Positions 57,980 to 64,000 of a stretch of 64,000 bases of DNA are shown here, in pieces; the stretch's first letter is position 1; every line of letters starts with the position of its first letter. The translations under genes were made by a program, and so were the position numbers. The notes below the pieces were generated by a model, which was given only the letters and a program-made list of their open reading frames with translations, was not told the origin of the DNA and made no database searches. Source of the DNA: Eledone cirrhosa (Eukaryota); contig OZ024758.1 of assembly GCA_964016885.1 (NCBI GenBank), positions 37,076,001 through 37,140,000 on the forward strand, written 5' to 3'.

Positions 57980-58272
57980 ATCATTTCATTTTACGTCCCC
58001 TTTTCCCTGCTTGCAAGAGTGGGACAGGAACTGATTCTGGCTTGATTTCTACAGCTTGATGCCCTTCCTAAAACCAACCTCATTTACAGTGAGTGCTGGG
58101 TGATTTTTTGCCGTGGCACCTCTACGACCACTTTACAGTGGAATGATAGGGACTCCAGTCCCTATCATCTCATTTCTACAGCTGAGTAAACTGGAGCAAT
58201 TTGAAATAAAGTGTCTTGCTCAAGGAAACAACACATTAACCGGTCGGAGAATTGAACTCACAACCTTTCGAT
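57980..58272 (-). mobile_element. RTE 3' UTR fragment followed by partial tRNA-derived SINE of a second (CORE/V-like) type
   Basis: gatgcccttcctaa..ccaacc motif; aagtgtcttgctcaagga..caaca...gaattgaactc. Confidence 0.65.
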
Positions 58273-58349
58273 AAAGAATAATACAATTATAGAGATTATA
58301 AAAGATTATAAAAGAATAATACGTATTATTCCTTTCGAATACAATAAAA

Positions 58350-58933
58350 GGCCTGCTGTTACAACTTTGGTATTTATTGAGGATATTGTGACTCGTTTAA
58401 CCCTTTAGCATTTAAACCGGCCATATCCGGCCAGAAATCTCTCACTTTTTTCTGTTCAAACCGGCTGTAACTAGCCACTCATACTGACGTTAAGGTATTC
58501 TTCTCAAAATAAATATTATCAAAATCTCATAGATTCAATATTATGTGAGATAACTATATAAGATAAAGTGTTTACTGTGACATTACAATAGTAAATATAG
58601 AGTAATGTAAGTGCTAAAGGGTTAAATAACTTAAATTTACAACTTCAAGGTAAAACTCAGCTCGTAAATGAAATGTATAACCATATTGTTGCCTTTGAAA
58701 AAAAGCTACAGTTGTGGGAACATCAACTTTGAAATAAAAATTATGTGCATTTTCCATCATTTCAAGGAGGGAAATCACAGGATTCAGAGGTATTTGTGAA
58801 TATAATTCAAGATTTGAGAAATGAATAGTATAGTCGACACTCGAGATAAAAATTTTAGCTTGTGTAATTTTCCATAATTATTCTTTTATGGCGTTCGTCC
58901 GGCCCATGGAGGCAAAGAAGTTGGCAATCCCTG
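58350..58933 (+). mobile_element. hAT (SPIN/GTF2IRD2-like) transposase remnant with right terminus, interrupted by a MITE
   Basis: Removing the MITE gives VFIEDIVTRLNNLNLQLQGKTQLVNEMYNHIVAFEKKLQLWEHQL*NKNYVHFP; terminus ...gttggcaatccctg. Confidence 0.7.
58401..58621. mobile_element. piggyBac-type MITE, 221 bp
   Basis: TTAA on both sides; TIRs ccctttagca / tgctaaaggg. Confidence 0.88.
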
Positions 58934-58960
58934 ATCTACACCAATGTTTTCCTGTTACAG

Positions 58961-59098
58961 TGTGCAGTAGTGGAAGACTTGGTGCCAACTGTGATCAGGT
59001 GTGTCATTGTGAAGATAACAACAGGTGTAATGTGGAATTAGGGATCTGTTCAAGGGGTAGATGTGCTCCAGGTTATGAAGGAAACAGTTGTCAGAAAG
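58961..59098 (+). CDS. Internal coding exon: EGF-like repeat (MEGF10/SREC/Tie-like multi-EGF receptor type), phase 1-1
   Basis: tttcctgttacAG acceptor, aag/GTtagt donor, 138 nt; (V)CSSGRLGANCDQVCHCEDNNRCNVELGICSRGRCAPGYEGNSCQK with 8 Cys. Confidence 0.85.
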
Positions 59099-59134
59099 GT
59101 TAGTTATTTTCATATCTCAGCTTTTATCTCTCAC

Positions 59135-59790
59135 CAGTCCAGGTACTTTATTTTATCAACCCCAGTACATTACTGGTACTTTATTTTATCAATCCCAGTA
59201 CATTACTGGTACTTTATTTTATCAATCCCAGTACATTACTGGTACTTTATTTTGTCAACCCCAGTACGTTACTGGTACTTTACTTTATCAACCCCAGTAC
59301 GTTACTGGTACTTTATTTTATCAACCCCAGTACATTACTGGTACTTTACTTTATCAAGCCCAGTACATTCCTGGTACTTTACTTTATCAACCCCAGTACG
59401 TTACTAGTACTTTATTTTATCAACTCCAGTACATTACTGGTACTTTATTTTATCAACCCCAGTACATTACTGGTACTTTACTTTATCAACCCCAGTACGT
59501 TACTGGTACTTTACTTTATCAACCCCAGTACATTACTGGTACTTTACTTTATCAACCCCAGTACGTTACTGGTACTTTACTTTATCAACCCCCGTACATT
59601 ACTGGTACTTTACTTTATCAACCCCAGTACGTTACTGATACTTTACTTTATCAAACCCAGTACATTACTGGTACTTTACTTTATCAACCCCCAGTACATT
59701 ACTGGTACCTTACTTTATCAACCCAAGAACGTTACAGGTACTTTACTTCATCAACCCCAGTACGTTACTGGTACTTTACTTTATCAACCC
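59135..59790. repeat. 33-bp SINE-derived minisatellite, ~20 copies
   Basis: Unit ccccagtacrttactggtactttaytttatcaa equals the antisense SINE core; runs directly into SINE body at 59790. Confidence 0.93.
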
Positions 59791-60846
59791 TGTTAGGATG
59801 AAAGCCAGAGCTATAACTTCAGTAGGATTTGAACCCAGTTACGGCCCTTTACGTTCTGAGTTCAAATCCCATCAAGGTAAGCTTTGCCTTTCATCCTTAC
59901 TGGGTTGATAAAATAAAGTACCAGTAACACACTGGGGTCAATCAACACCCCTTCCCCAAATGTGTTGGCCTTGCATCTAAATCAGAAACCATTAAAATAA
60001 TCTCTAAATATTATTAGTTAGAAATATTAGTTAATAATTGTTTCTACGTTAGGCACAAGGCCAGCAATTACCCCAGTGAATTACTGCTACTTTATTTTAT
60101 CGACCCCGTAAGGATGAAAGGCAAAGTTAACCTCGGTGGGATTTGAACTCAGAATGGCAAGGGCCGTAACTCTATGCATCAAAGCATGGCGTCCGACCCT
60201 CCACTGATACTGCCAATCCACTGCCATTAATATTATTATTGACTAATAATATTAACTAATAATATTAACTAATAATATTAACTAATAATATTAACTAATT
60301 ATATTAACTAATAATATTAACTAATAATATTAACTAATAATATTAACTAATTATATTAACTAATAATATTAACTAATTATATTAACTAATAATATTAACT
60401 AATAATATATACTAATTATATAACTCTATGCATCAAAGCATGGCGTCCGACGCTCCACCGATACTGCCAATCCACCGAATAATATTAACTAATTCAAATC
60501 CCGCCGAGGTTAACTTTGCCTTTCATCCTTACGGGGTTGATAAAATAAAGTACCAGTAATACACTGGGGTAATTGCTGGCCTTGTGCCTAATGTAAAAAT
60601 TATTTAAATTATTAGTGAATATTATTAGTTGATAATATTAGTTAATATTATTAGTTAATATAATTAGTGAATGTTATTAGTTAATATTATTAGGTGATAA
60701 TATTAGTTAATATTATTAGTTAATATAATTAGTCAATATAATTAGCTAATGAGGTTAACTTTGCCTTTCATCCTTACGGGGTCGATAAAATAAAGTACCA
60801 GTAATGTACTGGGTAATTGCTGGCCTTGTGCCTAACGTAGAAACAA
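59790..60846. mobile_element. Cluster of about six SINE copies/fragments in both orientations
   Basis: Minus 59790-59836, 60039-60225, 60420-60478; plus 59837-59990, 60492-60598, 60751-60846. Confidence 0.85.
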
Positions 60847-61190
60847 TTATTAGTTCATATAATTAGTTACTATTATTAGTAAATATAATTAGTCAATATA
60901 ATTAGTAAATATAATTAGTCAATATAATTAGTCAATATAATTAGTCAATATAATTAGTCAATATAATTAGTCAATATTATTAGTCAATACTATTAGTAAA
61001 TATAATTAGTCAATATAATAAGTCAATATAATTAGTCAATATAATTAGTCAATATAATTAGTCAATATAATTAGTCAATATTATTACTCAATATAATTAG
61101 TCAATATAATTAGTCAATATAATTAGTCAATATTATTACTCAATATTATTAATAAATATAATTAGTCAATATAATTAGAAACAATTATAT
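60226..61190. repeat. 13-bp AT-rich minisatellites interleaved with SINEs
   Basis: (actaataatatta)n at 60240-60420 and (agtcaatataatt)n at 60850-61180; related as reverse complements. Confidence 0.9.
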
Positions 61191-61566
61191 TTTATCAACC
61201 CCAGAATGTTGGTTGTGTGGGTTTTTTATTTCTGTATGAAGTTCAGACAGACAGCCATACAGACACATGATATGAGTGTGCAACATCGTAGCTATGTTTC
61301 TGTCAGTTGAAAGCAAGTCTTTGTATTAACTTTTAGAGAAAGTCACACCCAGTTAAATTACATGACCTTAGGTAAGTGTATGGGAGAGACAGGAGGAGAG
61401 ATAGAGAGAGAGGGGGCGAGAGAGACCGAGAGAGGGAGATAGAGGGAGAGAAAGAGATGTGAGAGAGACAGAGAGAGAGGGAGAGAGAGAAAGTGGGAAG
61501 AATGGAGACTAAAAGTGGAAGAGGCAGAGAGATAGAAAGTAAAATGTAGTAGTAATTCTAATGTTG

Positions 61567-61600
<34 letters not shown>

Positions 61601-61601
<1 letters not shown>

Positions 61602-61740
61602 GAGGTTATATTTAATTTGTTGGGATTCAATAAGCTTAAAAATGTTTATAACTGATATAAAGCACTCAACAGTTTGCCTTGGTTGCCTTGAAATATGTAT
61701 AATAAAATAAATATGGTTTTATAAATATAGTTTCCATTTA

Positions 61741-61779
<39 letters not shown>

Positions 61780-61890
61780 AGGAAAAGAGTCAGGACCCCA
61801 ACTGCTGATCTCTGGCCGGAGCTCAGCTGTTGGGTTCCTGGCTCTTTTCCTATTACCCACTCTTCTACCCTAAGTATTGAGTACTCTGAG

Positions 61891-61960
<70 letters not shown>

Positions 61961-64000
61961 CCAAAATTAAAATTAAGGGTTGTCATGTCTGAGAGACATG
62001 CACCATGCGTAGAATAAGCTGAAAGATTAGATCCGAGCATTATATATCAACTAGAAATAGATTGACATATATATATATATATAATAATAAATACATGAAA
62101 CAATCACAGGGAATAATTTGTAAAGAATGTAGGCACACATAGCTAGGTAGGTAACTAATTAAAGCTTGACTAGAACTTCAAATATAGATACCTTTTAAAA
62201 TGATTAATCTCCTTTGTATATATTTCTTTAAGTAAGAAATATATTTCACCTATTAATCCGTAAATCACAGCAGTTAAATTCTTGGATGTTCACCAAATGA
62301 GAAGAAAAATAACCATCTGCGTTTACACAGCAAATGCAAATCTGCGAATGATATGAACCACGTGTTGCATTTTTTTAAAAATACACTCGTTGAACAACGT
62401 CATCCCAGTGGCCTGAATAGGACCATCGACAGCCAGAAATAGCCAGAAATATAAATATAAATATATATATATGTATATATAATATAAGATCAAAAGATGG
62501 TTAAAGGAGTTCCATGTATTTTATTATGCGCATTTCAAAAACAAACATCATCATGCAATATTATTTGTGTTTTCATCAGATAAAACAGGAGAACATGATA
62601 TGAAGGCTAAAAAAACACTTGTGGATAGTGCAGTTTTAAATTCGCATAATAAAATACATGGAACTCCTTTAACCATCTTTTGATCTTATATTATGTATAC
62701 TCCAGTCCTACAAACTGTAGAGTGCTTCTTATCCGATATCTGCATTGCTTTATTGTACTACAATAAAACTCACCTCCTACATTATATGTATATATATATA
62801 TATATTCTCTTTTACTCTTTTAACGTGTTCCAGCGATCCAGTTGAGGCCATGCTGGGGCATGCCCTTGTTACACATTCTTTCTCCAACCTGTGTTGGTTG
62901 GCCATTCGGCAAAGAGGGGGTTCAATGTTGCTGCCCTTAGGTTACCTTCGAACCATGCTGTGGGCTCATCCAGGATCCTGGTAACAGGGTGTCGAGATGT
63001 TCCTTGAAAACATCCACGTCCACACCATGCAGATCTCTCAAATTCCTTGGCAGCTTGTTGAAGAGGTGAGGGCCTTTGAACCCCAGGTTATTGTAATACC
63101 TGCTCCTTATTCTGTATATATTTATAAGTATATATCTATATATGTGTGTGTGTGTGTGGTAGGAAGTATGGTAAGGAACGAGGTGGACCATAACGCACCA
63201 GATCACGCGATACTTTGGTTAGTAGATATATATATATATGTGAGTGTGTGTTAAGCTATTCTATTAAATCTACCCCAGGATATCACTGGTACTATATTTT
63301 ATCAACCCCTGAATTATGAAATCATTTCATTTTACGTCCCCTTTTCCCTGCTTGCAAGAGTGGGACAGGAACTGATTCTGGCTTGATTTCTACAGCTTGA
63401 TGCCCTTCCTAAAACCAACCTCATTTACAGTGAGTGCTGGGTGATTTTTTGCCGTGGCACCTCTACGACCACTTTACAGTGGAATGATAGGGACTCCAGT
63501 CCCTATCATCTCATTTCTACAGCTGAGTAAACTGGAGCAATTTGAAATAAAGTGTCTTGCTCAAGGAAACAACACATTACCCGGTCTGAGAATTGAACTC
63601 ACAACCTTTCGATAAAGAATAATACAATTATAGAGATTATAAAAGATTATAAAAGAATAATACGTATTATTCCTTTCGAATACAATAAAAGGCCTGCTGT
63701 TACAACTTTGGTATTTATTGAGGATATTGTGAATCGTTTAACCCTTTAGCATTTAAACCGGCCATATCCGGCCAGAAATCTCTCACTTTTTTCTGTTCAA
63801 ACCGGCTGTAACTAGCCACTCATACTGACGTTAAGGTATTCTTCTGAAAATAAATACTATCAAAATCTCATAGATTCAATATTATGTGAGATAACTATAT
63901 AAGATAAAGTGTTTACTGTGAAACTACAATAGTAAATATAGAGTAATGTAAGTGCTAAAGGGTTAAATAACTTAAATTTACAACTTCAAGGTAAAACTCA
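61601..64000 (+). repeat. Recent segmental duplicate, copy 2 (includes family B hammerhead 62519-62585 minus and piggyBac MITE 63742-63962)
   Basis: Near-identical to 56244-58659; runs off window end. Confidence 0.96.

Larger units (their letters stand above)
56244..58659 (+). repeat. Recent segmental duplicate, copy 1 (copy 2 at 61601 to window end; period ~5.35 kb)
   Basis: Near-identical sequence, offset 5337-5357 bp. Confidence 0.96.

Noticed and set aside
59063-59801. QPQYITGTLFY-repeat ORF (237 aa)
   Set aside because: Translation of the 33-bp SINE-derived minisatellite, downstream of a splice donor

Overview
Repeat-dominated eukaryotic DNA, most likely an octopus (coleoid cephalopod) genome. 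This is inferred from the tRNA-derived SINE types, RTE/CR1 LINEs, huge (TA)n tracts and a tandem C2H2 zinc-finger ORF. Bases 1-21 kb are a homogeneous 53-55-bp satellite with nested higher-order repeats. Bases 21.5-44.4 kb are nested retroelement debris in (TA)n: RTE fragments with internal tandem amplifications, two Penelope-like GIY-YIG remnants and a 5'-truncated CR1-type LINE. Bases 44.5-51 kb are an old duplication around a decaying C2H2 gene. Bases 56-64 kb are a recent ~5.35-kb duplication around a phase 1-1 EGF-like exon. The main unannotated signal is a set of 13 hammerhead-ribozyme motifs in 7 sequence families, all folded by eye. Several sit back-to-back in near-perfect fold-back palindromes or inverted termini embedded in (TA)n, and two have atypical architectures. 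Almost all ORFs in the supplied track are repeat artefacts.
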